Below, piece by piece: positions 30,180 through 42,897 of a DNA stretch of 64,000 bases. Each line of letters opens with the position of its first letter. The stretch's first letter is position 1. The notes beneath the pieces were generated by a model. The model did no database searches. It was not told the origin of the DNA and saw only the letters and a list, made by a program, of their open reading frames with translations. Both the position numbers and the translations under genes were made by a program. Source of the stretch: the human T2T-CHM13v2.0 reference genome, Homo sapiens; the NCBI RefSeq assembly GCF_009914755.1, contig NC_060928.1. One strand, written 5' to 3'.

Positions 30180-30603
30180 CATGGGTGACTGGTGACTATC
30201 CGGGCCAGTGGCACGGGGGTAAGAATTTATCAAGATAGTTGTAGGTAAAGAAAGGCAGGTTTAATAAAGAAAGTATAAAAATATGTTGCAAGAAGGCAAC
30301 AGGTAGGCCAGCAGAAGAGGAGCTGACTGCCAGGAAACAAAGTCTTGCAGGGCTGGGGATTTTATAGAACTGTGCTTCTGCTGTGTGCTGAAGAGGGCTA
30401 CGAGCAGTACTGATAACACCAGGGTTACAGGGAGCTCACTTACCCGTGCCTGGTGAGAAGGTGGGTAGAGGACGATTGAGTTATATTCATAGGAGGACTG
30501 GTCCTGGTGAAGAAAGGCAAGCCTACATAACTTATCTGCTTCCTCTTTCTGCTTTCCCTCGGTCCCACCAGCCTGACTCCTTTTCCCTAATTAGGACCCC
30601 AAA
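30180..30603 (-). mobile_element. ERV1 LTR (MER83-like)
   Basis: Minus-strand start GGGGTCCTAATTAGGGAAAAGGAGTCAGGCTGG. Confidence 0.6.
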
Positions 30604-31272
30604 AAGAACAAAGGGATAAGCTGGTTCAAAGAATTATAAGCTCTTTAGACTGGGAAAGTGATTCTGGAGATAACCTCACTCAATTTGTTGATTGCACACA
30701 CTAGGGAGCTGATGCACAGGTGTGCCCCTCTAGGCAGGATGTAGATAGGAGAGATGGAGCTGTTAGGAGAGGGAGCAATACTGCAGGGCAGGCGGGAATC
30801 ACAGATGGAAGCAGCACCTGGAATCCAGACCTGTGGGCACTCTGCTGAGCTTCCCAGCCAGGGGATGGGAAGGACCAGGGCAGAGAGGGCCACAAGCCCA
30901 GTAAGGCCTTCTATAACCTGGAAGATAGGCAGCCCAAAAGTCGATGGAAGGCACACACCAATGCCATTCCCTAGTGTTTCCACAGGTGAAGGAAAATCGA
31001 CTCTGTGGATCCTTTACCTACACTGTTCCGGCAGCAGGAAAAGCCCTGACTTTTCTACTCCTCCAAGAGAGCCCAAATCTCAAGGCATGCTAAAGGAACA
31101 AGCGAGGAAAATGAGAGGACAGCGAGGAGGAAGGGAAGGAGCAAAGGGAACACTCAAGTGTCTAATTCTTTGCATCTGTAATTAGCTTATTTAATCACCT
31201 AATTATGAAATGAAATTGTGCTTTGCCAGTAATTTCGAATTTCGGGACTTAAATGGGAAAAGGTGATATCTT

Positions 31273-31287
31273 TGCGCCATCTAGTGT
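31273..31287 (-). promoter_or_regulatory. CTCF core motif
   Basis: Reverse complement ACACTAGATGGCGCA versus consensus CCASYAGRKGGCRS; lies in non-repeat DNA with its CpG retained. Confidence 0.6.
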
Positions 31288-31538
31288 TGTGTCTTGAAAT
31301 GACACACTTCTTGACGTCTCAGCCCAGAGGAGCTGCAGGCAGCCTTACATAACCAGAAATAGCAAGATTAGCCTCTCCTGTTACATAACCGTGAGAAGTG
31401 TTTCAAAGCAGAAGATTATGCATTCCTAGCACCAAATGAATCTTCTCGATAGTTAGTAAGATAATCCCTAAATCTAGGGCAAGGCAGCAATTATGATCCT
31501 ATTATCATCTGGAAGTTCAGGTATAGAAGAGAACTCTA

Positions 31539-31832
31539 GCAGGGTGCAGTGGCTCATACCTGTGATCCCAGACCTTTGAAAGGCTGAGATGGGAGGATCC
31601 CTTGAGCCCAGGAATTCAAGACCACCCTATGCATAGTAAGACCCTATCTCTATAAAAATAAAAAATAAAAATAATTAGCCAGGCATGGTTGTGCATCCCA
31701 TCTACTCAGGGAGACTGAGCCAGGAGCATCGTTTGAGCCCAGGAGGTCAAGGCTGCAGCGAGCCATGCTCACGCCATTGCACTCCAGGCTGGGCAACAGA
31801 GCAAGACCCTATTTCAAAAATAAAAACAAAAA
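31539..31832 (+). mobile_element. AluJ
   Basis: GGAGGATCCCTTGAGCCCAGGA and GGTCAAGGCTGCAG diagnostics. Confidence 0.9.
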
Positions 31833-32129
31833 ACTTTACTCTTAGTACAATGAGAACTAACATGGCTGAGAATGTAACCTTCTAGAGGTTAACTTTAACA
31901 GCAACATGAGATCATTGACAATTACATTATGGACTTAGAAGCTGATGTACAACTAGAGGAAGGAAGGAAAGGAGAGAGAGAAGGAAGGATATTAAATCAT
32001 GGAATTATATCTGGTGAAAATAAATGAATCATTAAGTAAAATACACTGTCATAGGGCTATTTGATTATAAGAAGCATATTGATCAAATGTATTAAATAGG
32101 AAAGTAAAATTATCACTGAAAGTTACTAA

Positions 32130-32360
32130 TTATAACGATCACTCTGTATTTACTATATGCTAGAAGTAGACGCACATTATTCCATTTAATCCTCACAATA
32201 GTCCCCTAAGGTAGACACGACCATTATTCAGATATGAAACCTGGGGCTTAAGGAGCTGAATAACCTTGCTCAAGGTCACAGATAGTCACCAAGAGGCAGA
32301 ACTATGGTGTGAAGCTCGATCTTTCTGATTACAAAACGCTGCTTTTCATTGCTGTGTAAT
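32130..32360 (-). mobile_element. MIR
   Basis: CATTTAATCCTCACAA...GAAACCTGGGGCT...AACCTTGCTCAAGGTCACA. Confidence 0.75.
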
Positions 32361-33458
32361 GCTGCCTCTTTCTGTCAGAAATGCTTTAAATTCTTGACCA
32401 ACTGTAAACCTAAAAGCTGCAGGCCCTCTTTTGGTTTGTAACCTTGAATCTATTTCCTGACATTTTCATTAGAAGAGCGTGATCTATCCAGAGGTAACCA
32501 TTTAATGCTGCAAAAAGTACAACCTGGCTGAAATGGTCATTTAAAACTCGGAACACACTGGAATCCTGAGGCAAAGGAAGAAAAGTGTGACTTCATGCAG
32601 CATTTCCAGATTCCAGGACGCAGAGACCTCCATCTAAGGACCAAGCACCGCTGGCACACGGACCGCGTGAGAAGCAGGTCCCTGCCGATGAGTCTTTCCT
32701 GCAGAAACCTCGGCTCCCTGACTTGGTTAAGCAGCAGCCGAACCGCAGCCTCAGCACCAACGTGAGAGGTGCCGAGCCCTCTCCTTCCTTAGCTACTGAG
32801 CTGGTTCTTAAGAAGCTTGTTCCTGCTAGTACCTGTCAAGAGCTTCCCAAAACATAAACCAGACGTTGGGGAAAATGTTCTCTCTAGTTGTATTTGGCTT
32901 TTCCACAAGCACTCTTTAAACTCAAGCGGCTGAAGTGCTCCCGGCTGAGGAGGATGCTGTTCTGTGCAAACGCCGAGCCATTGATCATGTTCCGGGTTGT
33001 CCAACTCTTCAGTTTGAGACAAAAACAAACACGCTTTTACACTAAATAGGCATGAAGGAGGTGGCCAGTGTGGCATTTTTCAGCTCTCCAAAGTATCCCA
33101 GGATAGTTTGATTTAGGGCTAACGTGTGTTTTATTGCCACAGTAGTTAAGCTTGCTACCAGAACTCTAATGCAGGGAAATGTTAATTATGTTAATCTACT
33201 TCTTTTGGAATTTATAGCTGAATTTATTATGAATTTACTAATAAATTAGTAAATTCAAGTCAGCACAAAAACAAAAGTTTATGTCCTTAATACTCCAGAG
33301 CTTATATGGGGGAAGTTGGGGGATGTCGGTGGATATAATTTGCACGTCCAAAAGCTGAAAGTGCAACAGGAGAGGCAGTGCAGTGGCCAGCTTCCCGGGA
33401 GCGTTCTTATTGGCATACTGGTGTTTCACTGCACCAGCTGAAGTCAAGAAGGTTTCGG

Positions 33459-33901
33459 TTTTTATGTTTGTTTGTTTGTTTGTTTGAGACGAAGTCTCGC
33501 TCTGTCTCCAGGCTGGAGTGCTGTGGCGCAATCTCGTCTCACTGCAACCTCTGCCTCCCGGATTCAAGCGATTTTCCTGCTTCAGCCTCCTGAGTAGCTG
33601 GGACTACAGGTGCCCACCACCACGCCAAGCTAATTTTTGTATTTTTAGTAGAGACGGGGTTTCACCATGTTGGCCAGGATGATCTTGAACTCCTGACCTC
33701 GTGATCCACCCGCCTCAGTCTCCCAAAGTGCTGGGATTACAAGCGTGAGCCACCACACTCAGCCTAATTTTTGTATTTTTTTTAGTAGAGACGGGGTTTC
33801 ACCATGTTGCCCAGGATGGTCTCAATCTCTTAACCTCATGATCTGCCCACCTCGGCCTCCCAAAGTGCTGGGATTACAGGTGTGAGCCACCGCGCCTGGC
33901 C
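33459..33901 (-). mobile_element. AluS with an extra left monomer (trimer)
   Basis: Dimer 33459-33764 is followed by a second left arm and A-linker at 33765-33901. Confidence 0.88.
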
Positions 33902-34478
33902 CAAGATGGCTTCTTGAAGTGCCCCTGACAGGGTGGCTGTGCGAGAGTCCAGAGACACCGAGTCCCTCTCAGGGCAGAGCACAAGCTGCAGACACCACGT
34001 AAGCCAGCCAGAGAGAAAAAAGAGAAGTAACCCAATTTTTAAAAGGAGGAAAGTATTTGAAGATATTTCACAAAGAAAGACATACCAATGATCACATGGA
34101 AACATGTTCAATATTAGTCATCAAGGAAATGTACATTAAATCACAATCGACCAGAATGGCTAAACTCTAAAGACCGACAATAACAAGTATGGGCAAAGAT
34201 GTAGAGTGATTGGAAGGCGCCTACATTTTTGACGGGAGTAAGAAAGGGCATGATTACTTAGCAAAAGGCCTGGCATTCTCTTATACAACTAAAGACGTTC
34301 CTACCAGCAATTCCAGTCCTAGGTGTTTACCTAAGAAAATGAAAACCTTTGTTACAAAAAGACTTTCCCAGGAATGTTCACAACAACAACTTTCCTTATA
34401 ATACACGAAACCTAGAAATAAGACAGGTGATCACTGACAGGAGAGTGGATAACTATAGAATTATACAGGGGAATACTA

Positions 34479-35050
<572 letters not shown>

Positions 35051-35057
35051 CTATCTC

Positions 35058-35275
35058 TTCTTTTTTTTTTTTTTTTTGGAGACAGGGTCTCACTCTGTTG
35101 TCCATGCTGGAATGCAGTGGTGTGGTCACAGTTCACTGCAGCCTCAACCTCCTGGGTCAAGTGATCCTTCTGCCTCAGTCTCCCAAGTAGCTAGGACCAC
35201 AAGCATGCACAACCACACCCAGCTAATTTTTGCATTTTTTTGTAGAGACAGGGTTTTGCCATGTTGCCCAGGCTG
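35058..35275 (-). mobile_element. AluJ (5'-truncated)
   Basis: Right arm plus a partial left arm. Confidence 0.85.
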
Positions 35276-35547
35276 CGTTCTATATTTTAATGATGTGTTC
35301 ATTTATCCACATTGATCAAGTGAAAACTTAAGATTTATGCATTTTCATTGCATGTAAATATTATCTAAAAAACACTTTAAACAAATATCCAACTCTACTT
35401 AACGATGTGCCTTGGGAAGACTAGGAGTGAAGTATATAGATGTCTGAAATTTACTTTCAAATGCATCAAACAACAAGACGGATTAAGAGAGGGATGGATA
35501 GATGGATGATTATGTGGTAAAGCAAATACAGTAAAACGTTAATTGTG

Positions 35548-35580
35548 CACTTAATCTTAGCCAAACGGCCGAGAAGCGAT
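35548..35580 (-). pseudogene. U2 snRNA 5' fragment retrocopy (33 nt)
   Basis: Minus strand ATCGCTTCTCGGCCGTTTGGCTAAGATTAAGTG matches U2 nt 1-33 with 2 mismatches; perfect 14-bp TSD AAACGTTAATTGTG. Confidence 0.9.
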
Positions 35581-35896
35581 AAACGTTAATTGTGGAAGCT
35601 AAGGAATGGTATGTGGGTGTTCCCTGTACAATTTTTTCAGCTCTTCTATATGGTTGAACTGTTGGAAAATGGTGAATATAAAGAATCTCAGTGAATGTTC
35701 TGAAAGAAAGTCAATTTCTTTGTAATTGGATATGTAACTTAGAATGTCATTAATAGAATTTGAAGGACCAAACTCGAAGTTTAAAATAGAGGTGAGATTT
35801 TTAAAAAGGAATCGTGAAGTTTATCACCTCATTTATTCTGAGAAGCAGTTTATTATTTCAAGGTTTCACTGACAACCATAAACACTTGCGCAGATC

Positions 35897-36622
35897 CATG
35901 ATGGTACCTCCCAGCTGTGAAATACACATATATGAACACACACATACACACAGAATTGATACCATGATGGTACCTCCCACCTGTGAAATATACATATATG
36001 AACATACACATGCACACAGAATTCGTACCATGATGGTACCTCCCAGCTGTGAAATACACATATATGAACATACACATGCACACAGAATTCATACCATGAC
36101 GGTACCCCCCACCTGTGAAATACACATATATGAACATACACATGCACACAGAATTCGTACCATGATGGTACCGCCCACCTGTGAAATACACATATATGAA
36201 AATACACATGCACACAGAATTCGTACCATGATGGTACCGCCCACCTGTGAAATACACATATATGAACATACACATGCACACAGAATTCGTACCATGATGG
36301 TACCGCCCACCTGTGAAATACACATACATGAACATACACATGCACACAGAATTCGTACCATGATGGTACCTCCCACCTGTGAAATATACATATATGAACA
36401 TACACATGCACACAGAATTCGTACCATGATGGTACCTCCCACCTGTGAAATACACATATATGAACATACACATGCACACAGAATTCATACCATGATGGTT
36501 CCGCCCACCTGTGAAATACACATATATGAACGTACACATGCACACAGAATTCATACCATGATGGTTCCGCCCACCTGTGAAATACACATATATGAACGTA
36601 CACATGCACACAGAATTCATAC
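35897..36622. repeat. Minisatellite, 66-bp unit, 11 copies
   Basis: Unit CATGATGGTACCTCCCACCTGTGAAATACACATATATGAACATACACATGCACACAGAATTCGTAC; 22-aa periodicity. Confidence 0.97.
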
Positions 36623-36892
36623 TAACATTGCCAAAGTCCAGAACAACATATTTTAATAACTCTTCCGTGTACATCTGCATCTTCTTTCTTCCACAAGATG
36701 CTGATTTTCAAGGATGCAGATGATAGAATATTCAATGATTATTTATGTTCTTTATCCCGCATCATGCACAGTGTGCTGACTGTGAATATTTGGGTGTATA
36801 TGCATATGAATGTCTGCCACATGTGATGTCAGAGGTAGAGACTACTTTACCACTTTCACATTTGGTAAACTCATAGGAAAGATGGCAAAAGG

Positions 36893-36956
36893 GGCCGGGC
36901 GCAGTGGCTCACGCCTGTAATCCCAGCACTTTGGGAGGCTGACGCAGGTGGATCAC
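36893..36956 (+). mobile_element. AluS 5' part, split by HERV-H
   Basis: GGCCGGGCGCAGTGGCTCAC...GGATCAC ends exactly at the LTR. Confidence 0.9.
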
Positions 36957-37360
36957 TTTCATGCGCGTCCGTGTGAAGAGACCACCAAACAGGCTTTGTG
37001 TGAGCAACAAGGCTGTTTATTTCACCTGGGTGCAGGCGGGCTGAGTCCGAAAAGAGAGTCAGCGAAGGGAGATAGGGGTGGGGCCATTTTATAGGATTTG
37101 GGTAGGTAAAGGAAAAAGGGGGGTTGTTCTCTGACAGGTAGGAGTGGGGGTCACAAGGTGCTCAGTAGGGGAGCTTTTGAGCCAGGATGAGCCAGGAGAA
37201 GGAATTTCACAAGACAATATCATCAGTTAAGGCAGGAACAGGCCATTTTCACTTCTTTTGTGGTGGAATGTCATCAGTTAAGGCAGGAACCGGCCATCTG
37301 GATGTGTACGTGCAGGTCACAGGGGATATGATGCCTTAGCTTGGGCTCAGAGGCCTGACA
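36957..37360 (-). mobile_element. HERV-H 3' LTR (LTR7)
   Basis: Direct repeat of 42209-42608. Preceded on the minus strand by the PPT ATAAGAAGACAGGAA (37361-37375). AATAAA at 37016-37021 (minus). Confidence 0.95.
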
Positions 37361-39431
37361 TTCCTGTCTTCTTATATTAATAAGAAAAATAAAACGAAAT
37401 AGTGGTAAAGTGTTGGGACTGGAAAATTTTGGGGGATGGTATGGAGAAATAATGGGCAATGTTTCTCAGGGCTGCTTTGAGCGGGATTAGGGGCGGCGTG
37501 GGAACTTAGAGTGGGAGAGATTAAGCTGAAGGAAGATTTTGTGGTAAGGGGTGATATTGTGGGGTTGTTAGAAGAAACATTTATCGTGTAGAATTATTGG
37601 TGATGGCCTGGATATGGTTTTGTATGAATTGAAAAACTAAACGGAATAAAAGAAGGAGAAAAACAGGTATTAAAGGTCTAAGAATTGGGAGGACCTAGGA
37701 CATCTAATTAGAGAGTGCCTAAGGAGGTTCAGCATAGCCTTGCCAGCAAAGATTATTTATTTACTTTAAGAGTTAAGAGTGGCGGTTTGGGGATAGCACC
37801 AGGAGATATCAGCTGTGATGGCTTGGAGAAACAGTGTAAACCGGCAATGTAATCAAGAGCAGGGCATGTATGAGTAGTTGAGAACAGTGAATAGCTGTAT
37901 GACTAGAGAGAAGATAGTAAGGATGACAAGTTTTATGGGGCACAGTCCAAGTTGGTCTGGTGTCTGGAATGAGACTGGGGCCTAATAAAAAGGAGCATCC
38001 ATACAGGAGCTTAAATGGGCTGTACCCTGTAGCATTCCGAGGACAGGCCTGATATCTGAGAAGGGAAAGTGGTAAAAGTATTGTCCAATCCTTTTTAAGT
38101 TGGTAGCTGAGCTTGGTGAGGTGTGTTTTTAAAAGACCTTTAGTCTGTTCTACTTTTCCTGAATACTGAGGACCGTAAGGGATATAAAGGTTTCACTGGA
38201 TACTAAGAGCCTGAAAAACTGTTTGGCTGATTTGACTAATAAAGGCCGGTCTGCTATCGGACTATATAGAGGTGGGAAGGCCAAACTGAGGAATTATGTC
38301 TGACAGAAGGGAAGAAATGACCACAGTGACCTTCTCAGACCCTGTGGGAAAGGCCTCTACCCATCCAGTGAAAGTGTCTACCTAGACTAAGAGGTATTTT
38401 AGTTATCTGACTCGGGGCATGTTGAGTAAAGCTAATTTGCCAGTCCTGGGCGGGGGCAAATCCTCAAGCTTGATGTGTAGGGAAGGGAGGGGGCCTGAAT
38501 AGTCCCTGAGGAGTAGTAGAATAGCAGATGGAACACTGAGAAGTTATTTCTTTGAGGATAGATTTCCATGATGGAAAGGAAATGAGAGGTTCTAAGAGGC
38601 GGGCTAGTGGCTTGTACTATAGCATAGTCTGCCTTTGCTGGTGTGTGGCGATTAGGCCTGGTGGAACTGCCATCAATAAACTAAGTGTGATCAGGGTGAG
38701 GAACAGGAAAGAAGGAAATATGGGGAAATGGGGTGAATGTCAGGTGGATCAGAGAGATACAGTCAGGAGGGTCAGGTGTGGCATCAGGAATGATGTGGGA
38801 GGCCAGATTGAGGTCTGGGCCAGGAACAATGGTAATTGTGGGAGACTCAACAAAGAGTGAGTACAGCTGAAGGAGGCAGGCGAGCAGAAAGTATATGCAT
38901 CAGGTGTGAGGAAGAAAACAGATTTTGGAAGTTATGAGAACTGTAGAGAGTGAGTTGAGCATAGTTTGTGATTTTTAGGGCCCCTGAAAGTATTAGGGTG
39001 GTGGTGGCTGCCGCACGCAAACGTGAGGGCTAGGCAAAACGGTAAGGTCAAGTTGTTTGGATAAAAAGGCTACAGGGCGCGGTCCCGGTTCTTGTGTAAG
39101 AATTCTGACTGCACAGCCCTACACTTCGGCTGTGGGTAATGAAAAGGGTTAGGATGAGTCAGGGAGAGCTAGGATGGGGGCAGTCTCTAAAGCTGTCTTC
39201 AAGGAACAGAAAGAGGAGTGCTGAAAGGATTTAGGGTCTATGGGGTCAGCTAGGTTTCCTTTAGTGAGTTTATATAATGGTTTTGTTAGGATGGCAAAAC
39301 CAGGTATCTAAAGTCGAAAGTATCTACCCATGCCCAGGAAGGAAAGGAGTTGTTGTTTTGTAGAAGGTGCTAGGGTTTGAGAGATCAGTCGAACATGATC
39401 AGCAGGGAGAGCATGTGTGTTTTTATGAGAA

Positions 39432-39950
39432 TTATGCTGAGATACATAACAGATGAGGAAGAAATTTAGGCTTGACTGAAGTAATGGGGTCTGTCTGTGA
39501 AGCTTTGTGGCAGTATAGCCCAGGTAATTTGCTGAGCCTGATGGGTGTCAGGGTCAGTCTAAGTGAAGGCAAAGAGAGGCTGGGATGAAGGGTGCAAGGA
39601 ATAGTAAAGAAAGCATGTTTGAGATCCAGAACAGAATAATGGATTGTGGAGGGATGTATTGAGGATAGGAGAGTATATGGGTTTGGCACCACAGGGTGGA
39701 TAGGCAAAACAATTTGGTTCATAAGGCACAGATCCTGAACTAACCTGTAAGGCTTGTCTGGTTTTAGGACAGGTAAAATGGGGGAATGGTAAGGGGAGTT
39801 TATAGGCTTTAAAAGGCCATGATGTAGCAGGCGAGTGATAACAGACTTTAATCCTTTTAAAGCATGCTGTGGGATGGGATATTGGCATTGAGCAGGGTAA
39901 GGGTGATTAGGTTTTAATGAGATGGTAAGGGGTGCACGATTGGTCGCCAA
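39432..39950 (-). pseudogene. HERV-H pol (RT N-terminal) remnant
   Basis: SPILPVLKPDKPYRLVQDL and YSVLDLKHAFFTIP motifs, followed by a frameshift. Confidence 0.88.
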
Positions 39951-40054
39951 GGAGGGAGTAGAGGTGTCCTATACTTGTGGGCTAAGGTGGGAGATACAAG
40001 GGGAGGATGTGAAGGAGGCTTTGAACTGGGAGAAAAGGCGGCAATGAGGTGTGG

Positions 40055-40357
40055 CTATAGCCTAGGAATAGTCAGGGAAGCAGATAATTTAGTTGAAGTG
40101 TCTTGGCCTAATAAGGGAACTGGGCAGGTGGGGATAACTAAAAAGGAGTGCTTAAAAGAGTATTGTCTAAGTTGGCACCAGAGTTGGGGAGTTTTAAGAG
40201 GTTTAGAAGCCTGGCCGTCAATACCCACAACACTTATGGAGGCAAGGGAAACGGGCCCTTGAAAAGAAGGTAATGTGGAGTGGGTAGCCTCCGTATTGAT
40301 TAAGAAGGGGACGGACTTACCTTCCACTGCGAGAGTTACCCAAAGCCCAGCGTCCAT
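40055..40357 (-). pseudogene. HERV-H protease remnant, inactive
   Basis: FLINTEATHS corresponds to the retropepsin motif LIDTGATHS with the catalytic DTG mutated. Confidence 0.85.
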
Positions 40358-40407
40358 GATGGTTTAGGGGTCTTCCGAGGCGATCAGGCAGTGTCAGCCT
40401 TCAGCTG

Positions 40408-40719
40408 CTAAGCCAAGAAGATCTGGGAAGGAGTCAGAGAGCCTTGAGCCAGAGTTCCAGGGGCTCTGGGAGTGGCTGCCAGGTGAGTTGAACAGTCTGA
40501 TTTTCGGTAGGGTCCTGCACAGATGGGACGTGGCTTAGGAAGAATCCCAGGCTGCAGGCAATCCTTGGCCTGGTGGCCAGATTGTCGGCACTTGTAGCAA
40601 GCTCTTGGGGGAGGAGGTTCTGGAGGAATGCCTGGCCACTGTGGTTCAGGCGTTTGGAAGTTTTTGTGGGCTAGAGATGTGGCTGGGGTTTGTCTCACAG
40701 TGGAGGCAAGGAATTGCAA
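40408..40719 (-). pseudogene. HERV-H gag nucleocapsid remnant
   Basis: CYKCRQSGHQAKDC is a CCHC zinc knuckle; the second knuckle is degenerate. Confidence 0.85.
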
Positions 40720-42188
40720 CTTAGAAATACATTGTTACTTGGCTGCCTCTACTCTATTATTGTACACCTTGAGGGCGAGGTTAATTAAGTCCTGTTGTGG
40801 GGTTTGAGGGCCAGAATTTAATTTTTGGAGTTTTATTTAATGTCAGGAGCAGATTGGGTAATAAAATGTATGTTGAGAATAATACGGCCTTTTGACTTTT
40901 TAGGGTCTAGAGCTGTAAAGCATCTTAGGGTTGCTGCCGAATGAGCCATGAACTGGGCTGAGTTTTTCATATTTGATGAAAGAGCCTAAACGCTAACTGA
41001 TTTGGGAGAGGTCGGATAAAGAAAAAGGAGCATTAACCTTGACTATGCCTTTAGCTCCAGCCACCTCTTTAAGAGGAAATTGCTGGGCAAGTGGGGGAGG
41101 GCTAGTCGTGGAATGAAACTGTAAGCTGGACCGGGTGTGAGGAGGGGAGGTGATAGAAGGATTATAGGGTGGAGGAGCAGAGGCTGAGGAAGAATTGGGA
41201 CGTAGCTCAGCCTGGCGAGGAGGGGACAGGTCAGATGGGTCTGTAGAAAAGTAAGGTTAGAAAGACTCAGCAACGCTTGGGGTTGGGACTGAGGGGACAG
41301 ATGGGAGGGAAAGAAGGAAGATATGGGACGAGTTGCATTGGGAACAGAGACTGGGGAGGGACCGATGTGTAAAAGAATGCCTGGACGTCAGGCACCTCAG
41401 ACCGTTTGCCCATTTTACGACAAGAATTATCTAGATCTAGTAGGGTAGAAAAAATGAAAGTGCCATTTTCCGGCTATTTGGAACTACTGTCAAGTTTGTA
41501 TTGGGGTCAAGTGGCATTGTAGAAGAAAATAAGGCATTTAGGTTTTAGGTTGGGTGTGAGTTGAAGAGGTTTTAAGTTCTTGAGAACACAGGCTAAGGGA
41601 GAAGGAGGAATTGAGGGTGGAAGGTTGCCTATAGTGAAGGAGGCAAGTTTAAAGAGAAGGGTAGAGACACGGAGAAGGAGGTGGGGAGCAGCCCTGGCTG
41701 CAATGTGGGTGACCAGCCAAAGCAGGCGCCCCCACAATTGACTTGCCACCAAGGGAACGTGGGTGAATGACCAAGGCAGGCGTCCCTGCGGAGATCAGAC
41801 ACCAATGGAACGTGGGTGAATAATCAGAGAGGCGTCCCTGCAATGATTAAACACAAAGGGAAGGCTGCCTTCCTGAGTCCATGACCAGCGCCAGAGTTTT
41901 GGGTCCACGGATAAAATATGTCTCCTTTGTCTTTACCAGTAAATGAAAGGAATTGAAATTGAGAGAAGAGAGAGATTGAAGTGTGGTGCCAAGATTGAAA
42001 GGAGAAAGAGGTTGAGGGATAGTGAGGGAGGTTGGAGAAGACAGTGAAAAGAGGCCGCTTACCGGATTTAAAATTGGTGAGATGTTCCTTGGGCTGGTTG
42101 GTCTGAGGACCAGAGGTCATAGGTGGATTTTTCTCATGGAACAAAGAGCAGGAGGACAGGAGATTGATCTCCCAAGGGAGGTCCCCCA

Positions 42189-42206
42189 ATCTGAGTCACG
42201 GCACCA
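42189..42206 (-). other. Primer-binding site for tRNA-His
   Basis: Minus strand TGGTGCCGTGACTCAGAT, one mismatch to TGGTGCCGTGACTCGGAT. Confidence 0.9.
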
Positions 42207-42208
42207 AA

Positions 42209-42608
42209 TTTCATGTGTGTCCGTGTGAAGAGACCACCAAACAGGCTTTGTGTGAGCAACAAGGCTGTTTATTTCACCTGGGTGCAGGCGGGCTGAGTCC
42301 GAAAAGAGAGCGAAGGGAGATAGGGGTGGGGCCGTTTTATAGGATTTGGGTAGATAAAGGAAAAAGAGGGGTTGTTCTCCGGCAGGCAGGAGTGGGGGTC
42401 ACAAGGTGCTCAGTAGGGGAGCTTTTGAGCCAGGATGAGCCAGGAGAAGGAATTTCACAAGATAAAATCATCAGTTAAGGCAGAAACAGGCCATTTTCAT
42501 TTATTTTGTGGTGGAACGTCATCAGTTAAGGCAGGAACCGGCCATCTGGATGTGTACGTGCAGGTCACAGGGGATATGATGGCTTAGCTTGGGCTCAGAG
42601 GCCTGACA
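42209..42608 (-). mobile_element. HERV-H 5' LTR (LTR7)
   Basis: Minus strand reads TGTCAGGCCTCTGAGCCCAAGC...CATGAAA; TATAAAA at 42335-42341; adjacent to the PBS. Confidence 0.95.
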
Positions 42609-42613
42609 GTCAC

Positions 42614-42897
<284 letters not shown>

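Larger units (their letters stand above)
36957..42608 (-). mobile_element. HERV-H provirus, common deleted env-less type (5652 bp)
   Basis: Two LTR7 copies, tRNA-His PBS, PPT, and gag/pro/pol relics. 5-bp TSD ATCAC (36952-36956) / GTCAC (42609-42613). Confidence 0.96.

Noticed and set aside
32641-32770. REST/RE1 site
   Set aside because: Only isolated or degenerate half-sites (AAGCACC...GGACCGCG; TCAGCACC).
35814-36680. 280-aa His/Cys-rich ORF and antisense ORFs
   Set aside because: Artefact of the 66-bp unit; there is no zinc-finger spacing.
39432-40719. Functional HERV-H Gag/Pro/Pol
   Set aside because: Fragmented frames, a mutated protease catalytic motif, truncated RT and no env.
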